Source: Camelus dromedarius
Lineage: Eukaryota
Length of the DNA stretch: 64,000 bases
Reading direction: 5' to 3'
Assembly: GCF_036321535.1 (NCBI RefSeq)
Contig: NC_087436.1
Location: 85,066,001 to 85,130,000, forward strand
How positions within the stretch are numbered: position 1 is the stretch's first letter; each line of letters opens with the position of its first letter. A model generated the notes under the pieces. It did not search any database. It saw only the letters and a program-made list of their open reading frames with translations, and was not told the origin of the DNA. The position numbers and the translations under genes were made by a program. Shown here one piece after another: positions 38,610 to 50,579 of the stretch.

Positions 38610-39400
38610 TGTCATTCATTCATTCAGTTTAACTCAAGTACTGAAATGGATGCTGCATATGCAGGGGTGAACACAACACATGGTTCTTGCCTCCTGGAAT
38701 TTACCATGTGATGGTGGTGGTGGTTGGGTGGGGAAGATAGTTAATAGATAAGAAAACAAATATCAAAAAAAAAAAAAATAGTGAGTGCGCTAATAGAGAA
38801 TAACTGTGGGTACTGGGTGGGGGACATGTGAGAGTTATAAGGGAGACCTCCTAAATAGGATAGTTAGAACTTTGAGACATGAAGATTGAGGAGGAGTCAG
38901 CCATGAGAAAAGGTAAGAGGGTGGTCCAGTCAAGGGCACACCATGTGCCAAAGCCTGAGAATACAGAGAGATTAGCAAGGAACTGAAGGAAGTTTCTGGG
39001 TGGAAGTGTTATGAAAAAGAGAAAATGGTAGGACATGAGGTTAGAGAGGTAGCAGGGGCCAGATCAAACAGGGTATTATGACCATGATTAGGCTAGGGGA
39101 CAAACTTAGGGTCTATGAAACTATGAGGCAGGATTTTTGTTTTAGGGAGAAGTGCAATCTCGTAGTTGGAAAAGTTATCAAAAATATCTGATACAGTTTT
39201 CTTCTTGGAGAGATATGGGGAGAAAGGGAAGTTGTGAACTGAGCCATGAGAAATGCTCAAGCAGTGGCAGAGGACTGAGCAGAAAAACGGGAGTATCAAC
39301 AGGTCTTGGTAAATGATTAAATACAGAAAGTGAGAGAGGAGGGAGTCAAACACGAACATGATTTGTTCCTAGTGACTAAGAGGACAGTGGAATCATTAAA
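38610..39400 (-). mobile_element. L2 LINE fragment
   Basis: cattcattcattca terminus, then ttcttgcctcctggaatttacc and gaggttagagaggtagcaggggccagatca, a purine-rich antisense L2 pattern. Confidence 0.7.
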
Positions 39401-41189
39401 AAGGGCAAAGGTATTTTTGAAGATATGTGTTCTAGATGATGGAGAATAAGAGGGATCACCTTCTCTAGAATAAAATCCAAACGGCCACAACCTGGGAAAA
39501 GCATTTAAACCCTCTTGTCTGGCTGCAACCTACTTTATCGGTATTATTAATCTTGCCTCCTCTCTTGCTACCAGTATGTTGTTACCATCACAAGTGACAG
39601 AAAACCTCTCATTTGTTTTAGCGATAAAATAAACACATGAAAGGATTTATTGACCAATTTAGCTGACATTTCTGGAATTATCTAGTCCTCGTTGGATTCA
39701 GGGCATCAAACATGCCCCAGGCCACATCTCCATTTTGAATCTGCCTTTTTTTTTTTTTTTTCACACAGCCTTCTCTCTCAGAATCTATTGAGTAGGAAGA
39801 TGGCTTTAGGCCTCCATTTTTTCAGACTTATATTCATTGGAAAAGAGTGAGCACCCTTCTTGGTTAAGTTATGGCCAAAGGCAGAGGATTAACTCAAATA
39901 TGTTTTCCCCTGGAGTCCTGCCCCAGCCATAGGGACTGAGAGTGAAGAAAGGATAGCTCTTCAAAGGAAATTATCAGAATAGGGAATAAAAGCTAAGCAG
40001 GAAAATATGTCTAGTAAAATCTTGTCTGCTATATAATGGAGTAAGTTAGCAAATCATGTTTTCCCACTCTGGACAGAAAAATCCGCAGGTGAATGATCTG
40101 AATAAGTTCCTCAATTTTGATGTTCTTTTTCTCTAGAGCACACAGCTAGAATTTGAAATGTTTATTGAGATGAATGTTAGCTTGAAGAATTTTATAGCCA
40201 AAAGTTTTATTTTTTGAAACAAGAAAATGGCTTCTATTTCATATCCAAAGGACATTCATTAAAATATGAAAACTAGGAATTTTAGGAGTGTAAAGACCTT
40301 TTTTCCAATCACTTTCAGCTACTTAATGTGCCTTCCTATGTGGACCAAGGGTGTCTTCACATCAAGGAAAGTAAGTTCTCCCTAAGACAAGTGGGAGGTA
40401 GTCACGTTTTTCTAACAAGGGAAGCGGTGCAAATTAGGGTCCTGGTGTATCCCCACTGCTTCATCCATCCTTCTTCATACTTCCTTAAAGGCCAGGTGAG
40501 AAACTCCAAATGGGCACATCCGGACCTTCTTTTGCCTCCCTACTCCTGCCAAGGGCGCTCGTCCTGTCTCCCCAGGCCCACCCTCCAGTAAGAAGCGACC
40601 CAAACAGTGCACCTCCAGGAGAGGGGAAAGGATAGCTCTGGCGGTCCAGGCACCTTCGAAAATCCCCTCTTCCAGTCCCTGGAGAGGAAACGCAAGTGAC
40701 GTTGAAAGAAAAATTTTCTTTTCCTGGCGTCGTCAAAGTAATCCGCTTTTCAAGGGAGAGATGGCACCCTTTTTGGCTTCTGGATCCCTCATGTAAGAAC
40801 TCTTCTTCCTCCTCCTCGCTCCCTGCATCCAGGGTGAGAAAGCCAAAGCCGCCCCTACCTAACGCTAACGCTCCCCGGACCAGCCGCTCCCTCCCAGACC
40901 AGGCCCCGGCTCCCCGGCTTTCCAGTAACCCGTGCGGGGAAGGGGGCGCCAGGGAGTTCGCGGTTTCCCTCTGCGCCCGGCGGCGGCGTCGGAGCTCGCA
41001 CACGCGCGGCCAAGGGAGTCGAAGTCTTCAGCGCCCGGGATCCCCTCCGCAGCTCCGCGCCACCTAACGGAGCAAGCCGCATGCGCACCGAGACGCGCCG
41101 GGGAAAGGGAGAGTGAAGGGAGGGGCGAACGCAGAGCGCCGGCCGTCGGAGTCCGCGGGGATCACTGACGACGCATGCGTCGGGAGGGA

Positions 41190-41290
41190 GCGCAATCACA
41201 GACTCGGCTTGCGGCTACCGGCTTATAAAAGGAAACCCCCGAGAGCAAGAGCGCGAAGAAAATCTGGCCGCTGACGCGTGCGCGCTCCCG
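41190..41290 (+). other. CLOCK: CLOCK upstream alternative non-coding first exon (5' end approximate)
   Basis: Consensus donor CCG|GTGAGT at 41290/41291. The sequence aaaaggaaacccc..gagagc..gagcgcgaag.aaatctggccgc..gcgctcccg resembles a human CLOCK 5' UTR as I recall it. Confidence 0.7.
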
Positions 41291-41376
41291 GTGAGTGGCG
41301 CCCCACCGGTGGGCCCAGGGCCTGGCGTCCGCCGGTAGGCTCGTCTGGACGGCGCATGCGTGCTCCCTGTGCCGGT

Positions 41377-41589
41377 GGAGGAGGGGAAGGGAAGGGAGGG
41401 GGAGGAGGAGCGGGCGGCAGTAGCGGTGAATGTTTTTGGGGTGGGTGGGGGGCGCCATTCAGCCCCAGGTGCTGCTCGTGCTGGGAGCCTCGGCGTCTCC
41501 CGGACGCAGCTGGGCTGTTAGTTCCGAGTCACCTCAGGTAGACACGGGGGTGGGGGAAGGAAGAAGCCGGAGCCGCCGCAAGCCACACG
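41377..41589 (+). other. CLOCK: CLOCK non-coding first exon (5' end approximate)
   Basis: Ends gaagaagccggagccgccgcaagccacacg|GTGAGG (donor 41590), matching my recall of the 3' end of human CLOCK exon 1. Confidence 0.75.
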
Positions 41590-41926
41590 GTGAGGGCGCG
41601 GGGAAGGGGAGGGAGTGGGGAGGGGGCGGCCTGTGTGGGGCCAGGGGGCGGCGGCCAGGGGAGGGGCAGGTGGGCGCTGAAGCCCAAGTTTTGCCTGTCG
41701 CCCTAATGTGTCTTTTCTCGGGAGTTGGGGCGGAGGCCCGCCCCGGTGGCGGGGCCCTCCTGGACCGCCGGGGTTACCTGCGGGCCAGGGGCGGGATTGG
41801 GGTGCCCGGCGGCGCCGGGTGGCCGGAGCGCACCCAGGGGCAGGGTCCGATTCGAGCCGCAGAGCGGCGGGGAAAGCCCGAAACCCGGTGCAGAGAGGGC
41901 TTTCGCTGGGGACCCGCTAGGCCTTG

Positions 41927-41938
41927 TGACCCACTTTA
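41927..41938 (-). promoter_or_regulatory. CLOCK: RORE (ROR/REV-ERB response element) in CLOCK intron 1
   Basis: The minus strand reads TAAAGTGGGTCA, fitting the consensus [A/T]A[A/T]NT[A/G]GGTCA. It forms an AT-rich patch within the CpG island. Confidence 0.8.
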
Positions 41939-44900
41939 TTCCTGTCACAACTCGGGCACGTTTGGAGCGGCGCCCAATGGGGCGCCGGGGCGGCCAGCTC
42001 CTCCGGGGAACCCCCGCCCTCCCGACGCCCGGCCCGCGCGCGGAGGTCCGCAGTCCGTGCGGCGGTTGCCGCCGCCGGTGGGCTCGTCCCGTTAGTGGTC
42101 GCGGTTCCGGGTCTCGGTCCCCGGGGAGCGCGCGGCTCGGCGCCTCCGACTCGGGCAACTGCGGGGTTTCGAGGGCTCCTCGCGCAGCGCCGGGTCTTTC
42201 TAACCTTCGTCCACCCGCGCCTGCCCACTCGCTGTCACCGCCGCGGCTGGCTTATGGATCCCTTTCCGTTTAAGAAGCCGGGGTCTGTAGCTGGTCCTGG
42301 CGCTCTGGCCCCTGGAGTGTAATTTCCAGCACGTAGCGTCGCAGAGCGTACATTCTTGAGTGTGTTTTCGCTGGTGTAGAAGTCGTCCTGTTGATAATAG
42401 CAGAATCCTGAAAGGTAAAGAAGCCTTGGCCTCTGACCTGGCAGGTGAAAGATTGAATCAGGTGGCGGTTTCTTATTAGAATGCCCGCTATACGACTTAA
42501 AGGCTTTCTAACTTTTTTTTTAATCAATGTTTTTTTACAGTGAAAGAAAAGCACAAGAAGTAAAGAACTTTTACAGTCAGTGTTGATTTGGTTATTACGT
42601 TGATCCCCTGAATCAAAAAAAGGTAATTTCATTTGAAGACTGCGTCCTAATTTGTAGTGATTTTTATTTCATTTTAAGTGGTAAGAGGAGAAAATTTTGC
42701 AGCGTTTTTCCTCTTCTACCTGGTTGAAAAACAAACGTTCTAAAAAGGATGTAATTAAGACAGTGTGTTGCTTTCTCTGTTTTAAGACCTTGTTGGGGTG
42801 GGGGAGAAACTAACTCAGGTGTTAGTAGTTGACTGAATAGACTGTCATTAAAGGTAGGCCTGAAGAAGATAGATGAAAGTGGTGGTAGAACTAGTCGTGA
42901 TCAGCTATAAAAAAAAAGAATGAGGAAGCTTTCTGCGTACTGACATGGGAAGATCTCCGGAATATGTTATAAAAGTGAAATAAACAAGACGTAGGACGGT
43001 GTGCTCCTTTGTGTGTTAAGGGGGCAGGTGTGGAGTAAGAATACAAGCCTGTGTTTGCTTTTCTAAGTGTAAAGAAACACTGGGAGGATACTGGAAAACT
43101 AGTAAGAGTAGGGGAGGAGAAGTAAGTGGCCTGGGGAGGGGAGGGTGGGAAATGACATGTACACTGTGTATGTCTTTGTATTTTGAAATATTTGTAACTA
43201 TATTCTGGATTCATAGACTAGATTAAGCAAGAATCCTCCTCGCCAAAATAATTTGCTATGTAGTTTTTGTCTGATGCTTTTGTCTCTCCTAATTTATGGT
43301 GATTTTGACCATTTTCAATATGGCTTTTAAAAATGTTTTTTAGGAAAATGAACTAAAATTGAAAGAAAGTTTAAGTTTGGCTATCTATACTTCGGTTTTT
43401 AAGATGCTGAAGTCACAGACAAATTTAACTTTTAAGGACATTTAGTCATATTTTGCTTTGCTAAAACAGTATATTATTTACATTTGGCATTGTGGCTGGA
43501 TTATGCTGTTTTCATAGCATAGTTTGTCCTCGCTTCCTTTTCTTTCAGGAGTCATAGTTGTAGAAAATTTTACTTTTACCTTTTTTAACCCCAAAATTGT
43601 CATGACAAGCAGCTGGAGAATATGAACATTCCATTAAAATGAAAATAGAATTGGTTGTCCAGGTAGTTTGCTTTTCATATTGGGATATGCTTTTCTCAAG
43701 ACACGACCCTCAGCGATATGTAAATTTATATGTGTGTGTGTATATATATAGAGAGAGTACTGCTTATGAAGCATTAAAACTGAGAGGCAGTGTTCTGTTG
43801 GTCCAAAGAGCTACAGTTTTTTTAATGACTTATAGATTGCTGAAAATAGTATATAATTTTAGGGGGAGGGTGCTCAGAGTCCTTCTGTTGGCTAATATTA
43901 TATAATCAAAGTAGTCAGTGTTGAGTAGTGTGTGACAGTTGCTGTGGCCATTTTTGTTGTGTTACCAGCATTTCTTTTTATTTTGCAGGATAGAATATTT
44001 GTGTTATTTCTGTTTGATCTGTAGATCTCTAGTAGCCAAACTTCTGCAGATGGCATTTATTTTTTATTTGAATTCCATGTGGGTCTGTTCAGTCTTTTTG
44101 AAAAAAAAATCACATTTCAAAATTTTACTTACAGTTTTGCTTTTAAAATTATAGACGTGAATCAATGTCCATGAAAAATTAATACAATGTATATAGAATA
44201 AGTGAAAATGCCCTTTGCATGCTTCCACTTCTATCTCACATCTCTCCCCAGAGACAAGTACTGTTAACGTTGTATAACCTTCTAGTTCTTTTTCTGGTTA
44301 TTTACAAACGTAGACTTTCAATTTTGAAAACTGAATTGTCATGATTGATTGTCTGCTTTGTCATTATGCCTCTGCTGTAGGCTCTTATACTATCCCCAGG
44401 ACAGGCAGATGACCTGGAGTATGTCAAAAAGTTTTACATCTGGTATACATCTTAGAACATTCTCGTATTTTCCCTTGTAGGGGACACTTGGTTTGGGGTA
44501 CATTTACACAGTTTGTAGTGAGGTCTTACTGGCATGAACTGTATCTGGTGTAGATTGACATCAGCTGTAAGACTTCGAGCCTGGCTTTTATAGGGCTCTT
44601 TGAGGTCCTCATTCTAGGTTTTTCTTTGAGTTTTGACATGTTCAGTAGCACACAGGTGAAACTTTGATTTTACTCTTCTGTACTTGCAGACCACTAGGAA
44701 GCCTCTTAGATTGCATCAGCCTCTCCAGGTCCTCTGAAGGGAACTTAGGTAGGCTCTGTCCTTAAGAGACATTGATTGACTTGGGATAGAATCTAGCCTT
44801 TGAAGGGGAAATGGGAGGTGTTTTTATCTGGTTTGTGCTTTACTAACAGAAAACAAGTAGTATGCACACCCCCATCTACCCCCATTGCCTCCTGCAGACA

Positions 44901-47900
44901 GAACACTACCTTTCTAAGAGTTCTAGAGTTTTTTGTTGTTGTTGTTTGTTTTTATTTTTATTTTTTAACCAAGTTGCAAGTAATTACCAAGACTTAATCT
45001 TTTTAGGTGATAAGAGTCTGCAGAAAGTTGAGTATTAGTCAAGACTCTTTATTAAGCTATGTGAGATACATAGATTCACTACAATTGACCCTGCCCTCAG
45101 TGGGTTTGAAATCTAGGATGGTTAAAAGAATATGTGAGTAAAGATTATAACACAAGATAGGAAATGATAGATTCCTGAAAATATACATAAAATTTGTAAG
45201 GATGAAACTTTCCAGCTTTCTGTTTTTGGGAGCATGGGGTTTGGAGGGAGAGTAGATATCTCAGCACTTTAAATAGTTAAGAAAGGATGGAACAAACTTA
45301 GAAAACTCAACTCTTAGCTCTTAAGGGTAAGAAAGTAAAAAGTTGTGTCCTCATAGCAGGCATTTATGACACTAATTGATAGTTGTTTATTTTTGTTTGT
45401 TTTTTACTTTATCCCACTGGAAAACACTGTATAATCTTTTATTTGATAATTATAATACAGCCTGTCTTAGATTTCAGGATTTTAGAAATATTAGGAAATT
45501 TAATTCTGCCGGTTAACTATTGTCTACCATCTAATATGTCAGGCAGTGGTAGTATTGAAAGTAAATTATTTTTTCCTCAAAGCACATATTTAATGTATCC
45601 TCTCCCCCACATTTTTACTTCTGATACTGTGTCAAATAAAATATTTATTTGCTGTAAATATTTTAAACTATGAAAGCAAACTGTGGTGAAGAATCAAAGT
45701 TCCACATTACAGCAAAACTACCCTTTATTGTTTATGTTTCCTTTAACTTCTTTGCAGATGCATAAAGTAAAAAAATTTTTAAAGTGCGGTTTTTTTTGTA
45801 GATATTGTACCAGTGGACATTGCATTTTCTCCTTTTCTGAACCTAAACTTCTAGGTGGAGTTGTATGAATTATAGAATACTTTCAAGTGTCAGAGCAATT
45901 TAATTCTTACTAATTGACTAATTATTATAATGGCTTTACAACCATTTGTTAGTCATTTTTATAGCTGTTAGCTGTAACTTCTGTGAATTAGGTGGGTAAG
46001 AGATTCTTGTTTTTCTCCATGTTTATGATTTTGCAAATGTTAAATTACCTGAACTTATCCTAGTGAGTATAGTATCAACTCTGAGTTACTGTTTTAGGCG
46101 TGTGTTTCTCAAAGATGTAGTTCTGCTTATTAAGTCATAGAAGTCTACAGAAAGGAATCACTTGTACAAAAAAATTTTATGAAATTTTTTTTTTACTTTT
46201 ATAGGGTATTGTTTAGAATGTGACTTGCTTTTTGTTTTTCAGAAATCTTTTGTTTTCATTTTTACATTAATAAGATTCAATAGTAAGACAAAAATTCCTA
46301 TCTTTTTCATAGTTCACATTTAATCAGATACTTAAATTTTTAATTTTTACCCAGAAAAGTAGTAGAAAATGAAAATACAGATTGATTCATGTTCAAGGTT
46401 TTGTATTTAAAAAATAAAACACAAATGGGTGTTGCACCAAAGAGGGTTAAACCATATATACCTACCTAAGAATTTATCATTTGTGGCTGTAATATAGTTT
46501 CTTTCTTAATTTCTTTCCTCCCAGGTATAAAAGTATTGTATCCCTAATGTAGAGAACTTGGGAAAACACAAAGAGCATGAATTAAATCGTTAGATTGTCA
46601 CTGGGATTCCCACAACCACAAGATGCCATTGTTAATCTTCTAGAATGTCTTCTCCCTGCATTTTTTTTTGGCCATTATGTAAGTATATGTACACTTACAG
46701 ATATATGATGTTTACAGAATGGGCTCATAATACATCTTCTGTAGTGCAAACTATTCTATTCACTTAACAGTGAATCTTGAACATTTTTATGTCAGTATTT
46801 TTCTACATTTTTTAATAGCTATGTAGTATTTTCATCTATGTTTGTGTAACAGTTTCCTTACTGATCTTTTTCTGTTGGACACACGTTTTCAGTTTTTAAA
46901 ATTATAAATAATGGTGTCATTTAGAAGTGACAGCATTAGGAATCAGGTAGAGTTGATACCTGAAAAAAATTTCAGTAAGATAGTCTTTAGAAGAATTAGA
47001 ATTCAAGTAGAATCACACTGAATTTGTATTAATGTCCAGATTAAACAAATTTTGTGCTTCTTGTTGAAAAATATGGTGACAAATTACCTAGTAATGATCC
47101 ATAGTAATGAAGAATCCAAGAGTTTTATACTGATATATTTTCTTTCTAAGATAGGTTTAACTTTGAATTGTATTAAAGTAACTTTACATTTCAAGAGCAT
47201 AAATTATTTGAATAGCAATGCTCTTGAACAAGCCTTCTAGGTAGTGTGGGAATCTATGAAGCAGTCTGCACACACTCAGTTAAAAATTGAGCTATAGTGT
47301 TTTTTTGTTGTTTTTGTTTTTTTTTCTTTTTACAGTGGAACAGAGAGTTTGTTTGATTGCTTCAAAAACTTCCTTAAAAGGAAAATCTAAATACCAAGAA
47401 AGAATCCTTTCACCCCAAAAAATTGACATTACTTTTTTATAGGGCTTCGGTGACATTTTATTCTACTCCTAGATATCTTTAATCCTCCAATGTAAATAGG
47501 GGAGAGAAACTATTATGTTAAACTATTTTCAGGAGAAATAGATACGATCTTAAAGTTGTATGCAATAGTTTTAATGTGCCTTCTCTTGTCTGTTTTTGAA
47601 AGTTAACGTTTTCTCAGGTTTCTGTGACTGTTCTTTTGATGGTGATTGCCTTTTACTTTTTTCTTTTATTATGAAAAAAGGAAGTTTTGTATTTATATAG
47701 AGAGTTTGGGAGTACTTAACCTTTTTATATGACTTACAACAGAGAAAAAGTTATTAGAAAATGTTACCAAGATAACATGGTGTTGAGTAATTCTTTGAAA
47801 TTCCTTTGCCATGTACAGTTTTGAAAAACTGCTGACTGGTTTTCTTATATGTTGACACTTACATTTTAGTTGAAATAATATTAGAAGTTATTTAGGAAAA

Positions 47901-48578
47901 ACCCCACAAATTAAAATGAAAAATGTTAGAACTAATTTTATTTTACAACTTTAACTTAGATAGTTCTATAGAAACTTCATAAATTTTTATTAGAAACAAG
48001 AAGAGAAATGAGAGAAACATTAGTTAATGGAACAAGCTATTTGCAGCTCTTACCTGATAATTTTTGTCTCCATCAGAAATTGTGATAATATTGTATATTT
48101 GTAATTATAAATGTCTGTTTCACCAGGAGAGTTTATTGTATGAAACAAGTTTACATTAGCCTTTTTTTAGACTTGATCAGATTCTTCTGTTTTCTGTTGT
48201 CTCTTACTTTGTTGGGGCTGATCATTATTCACATTTGTGATTTGATTTTTTTCTTTTGAAAATAGTTTTATGGTTTATATAAAAATGAATCTTGCTCCTT
48301 GGAAAAGAGTTAAAGTACCAAAAACTACAAAGAAGATCTATGATGAAAAAAATCACCCAAAATCTGGGGGATAAAGCTCTTTAATATTTTTTTCAACATT
48401 TTCTAAGGCATTCGGTGTGTGTGAGTGTGTGTGTGTACATGTTACAATTTTATAACAAGTGGAATATATGCAGTTTTATAAACTACTTTTTTTTTCTTCA
48501 TCATGTTTTCTGGATGTCCTTGCCTATAAATTCAGATTTTCATTTTTATCTAGTCTTAGTCTTTTCCTTTGATGTTTT

Positions 48579-48682
48579 CAGTTGACCCGTGAGCAACATG
48601 GGGGTTAGGGGCATTGACCCTCTTTGCTGCTGAAAATGTCAAAAATCCACTTATAGTTGGCCCCTCCGTGGTTCCTCTGTAT
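48579..48682. mobile_element. Tigger2-type MITE fragment
   Basis: cagttgacccgtgagcaacatgggggttaggggcattgaccc shares its left TIR with the element at 34110. Confidence 0.7.
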
Positions 48683-48699
48683 GCTTTATAGTCATAGAG

Positions 48700-49930
48700 C
48701 TTTCTGAATCTGTACCTTAATGCCTTTTAGTTTTGGAAAGTTCTCTCATTATCTCTTCAATTATTGCCTCTGCTCTCTCTTCCTTTTTGGATTCTAATTT
48801 AAACATTTGTTACACCCTGTCAGCATGTTTCACATGTCTCTTAAATTTTTTTTTCTCTTGCTATACTTCAGTTTGAGTATCTTCTAATGACCTATCTTAC
48901 AGTACACCAAAAACTGTCTTCTTTTTTCTCCAAGCCAGTGTATTGTGCTCTTCATTTTATATTGTAACTTTTGAGTTCTGGAACATCCATTTGATCCTAT
49001 TTTATGGGTTTTTAATAGACTCCAACTCTCTTGAACTAATTGATTATAATTATTTAAGTGCTTGTCTATTAATTACAATATCTGCATCGTCCATTGGTTT
49101 GCTTACATTGTTTTTCTATTGGTTGTTCATCCTGTAGTTGTATGGGTCTGTCTCTTCACATATATGCTAAATTTCTCAAGGAATTGTCCATTTCATCTAA
49201 ATTGTTGAATTTATTAGTAATTTATGATATTTATAATCTTTTATCCTTTAAATAGCTATAGAATATATCATGAGTCTCATATCTGTATAATATGCAGAGA
49301 TTTGGTATCATTCCTGATACTGGTAATTTGTGTCTTCATTTTCCTTATCAATCTGGCTTGAGATTTATTGATTTTGTTAAGATTCTCAAAGAATCAGCTT
49401 TTGTTTTAACCAATTTCCTCTAGTTTTCCTGTGTTTTATTTTCTTATTTCTGCTCTGATCTTTATTAATTCCTTTCATTAACTTACTTTGGTTTTAGTTT
49501 GTTTTCTTTTTCTAGTTTCTTAAGGTAGAAGGTGAGATCATTAATTTGTGACCTTTTTCTCCTAATATATGTGTGCTATAAATTTTCCTCTAAATATTGC
49601 TTACAAATTCTGAAATATACATTTTTTATTTTCATCTAGTTCAAAATACTTTATAATTTCTTTTCTGATGTCTTGTTTGGCCTATAGATTATTTAGAAGT
49701 GTATTATTTAGTTTCCAAATATTTGAGGATTTTCAGGAGATCTGTCTGCTAAGTTAATTCCATTGTGATGAAAACATACATTTATGACGAATCCTTTTAA
49801 ATTTATTGAGATTTGCTTTATAACCCAGAATATGGTCTATTTTGGTAAATGCTTCATGAGCAGTTGAAAATTATGTGTATTCTGTTGTTGGATGGAGTGC
49901 CCTATAAATGTCAATTAGGTCAAGTTGGCT
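48700..49930 (-). mobile_element. Old L1 fragments, antisense
   Basis: Minus-strand ORF 49871..50068 ends with QLDLIDIYRALHPTTEYT, an L1 endonuclease remnant, within T-rich L1 antisense sequence. Confidence 0.75.
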
Positions 49931-50535
49931 GTTTTTGTTTGTCTTGTAATTTTTGATTGAATGCCAGACATGTGCATTAAAAAAACCAAAATAACAAGCA
50001 TTACCAAGTATGTTGTGCCAGAATGTGTTCACCTTTTCTTCTACACAGTAAAATAAGGAGCCAGTCACCTTAATTTATATGGAGGCTGGGTTGTTGTTTG
50101 AGTGGTTTGGTGGTACTCATCTTTGAAGCTAATCAGAAAATACAGAGGCATGTTATCTATAATTGTGGAGATAAATATGAAAACTATAAAAAATAGGTGA
50201 AAGAGATTGCTTCTTGGTAACAGGACTGCAGTTGTTTTTTTAAAACCATGTGCATGTATTACACCAATAACATGCATGTTCTAAGAAACTAATAGGATGT
50301 ATAAACAAAAGCAGCCTATAAACTGTCTTTGCATGATAGCTTCTTATCCAGTAAATGTTAGTGTAACTTTATTCCTTTGCATAAAGTGAAAAACACTCTA
50401 GTTTATTTTAGATTTTATTACAATTAATTTATTCTGAAAGTATTAAAATTTTTTCTCAGGCACCAGTTCTCTTCCACTTAGCAATGAGGATAGCAGGCAG
50501 CTCTCTGTGACTTTGGACATATATTACATATCTTT

Positions 50536-50579
50536 TTTTTTTTGACTTTATTTTTTTAATTGATTTATAATCATTTTGC
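50536..50579 (-). mobile_element. 44-bp retroposed insert (probable extreme L1 3' end) with 14-bp TSD
   Basis: TATTACATATCTTT occurs at 50522-50535 and 50580-50593. The insert on the - strand is gcaaaatgattataaatcaatt plus an A-rich tail. Confidence 0.8.

Larger units (their letters stand above)
40850..42350 (+). promoter_or_regulatory. CLOCK: CLOCK CpG-island promoter
   Basis: About 1.5 kb that is very GC/CpG-rich, with three NRF1-type CGCATGCG motifs, two GTGAG splice donors and an intronic RORE. It lies downstream of PDCL2, as in the conserved NMU-PDCL2-CLOCK order. Confidence 0.85.

Noticed and set aside
40485..42322. Many overlapping 70-221-aa Arg/Gly/Pro-rich ORFs on both strands
   Set aside because: Stop codons are depleted in a CpG island, there is no recognisable domain, and CLOCK's first exons are non-coding.
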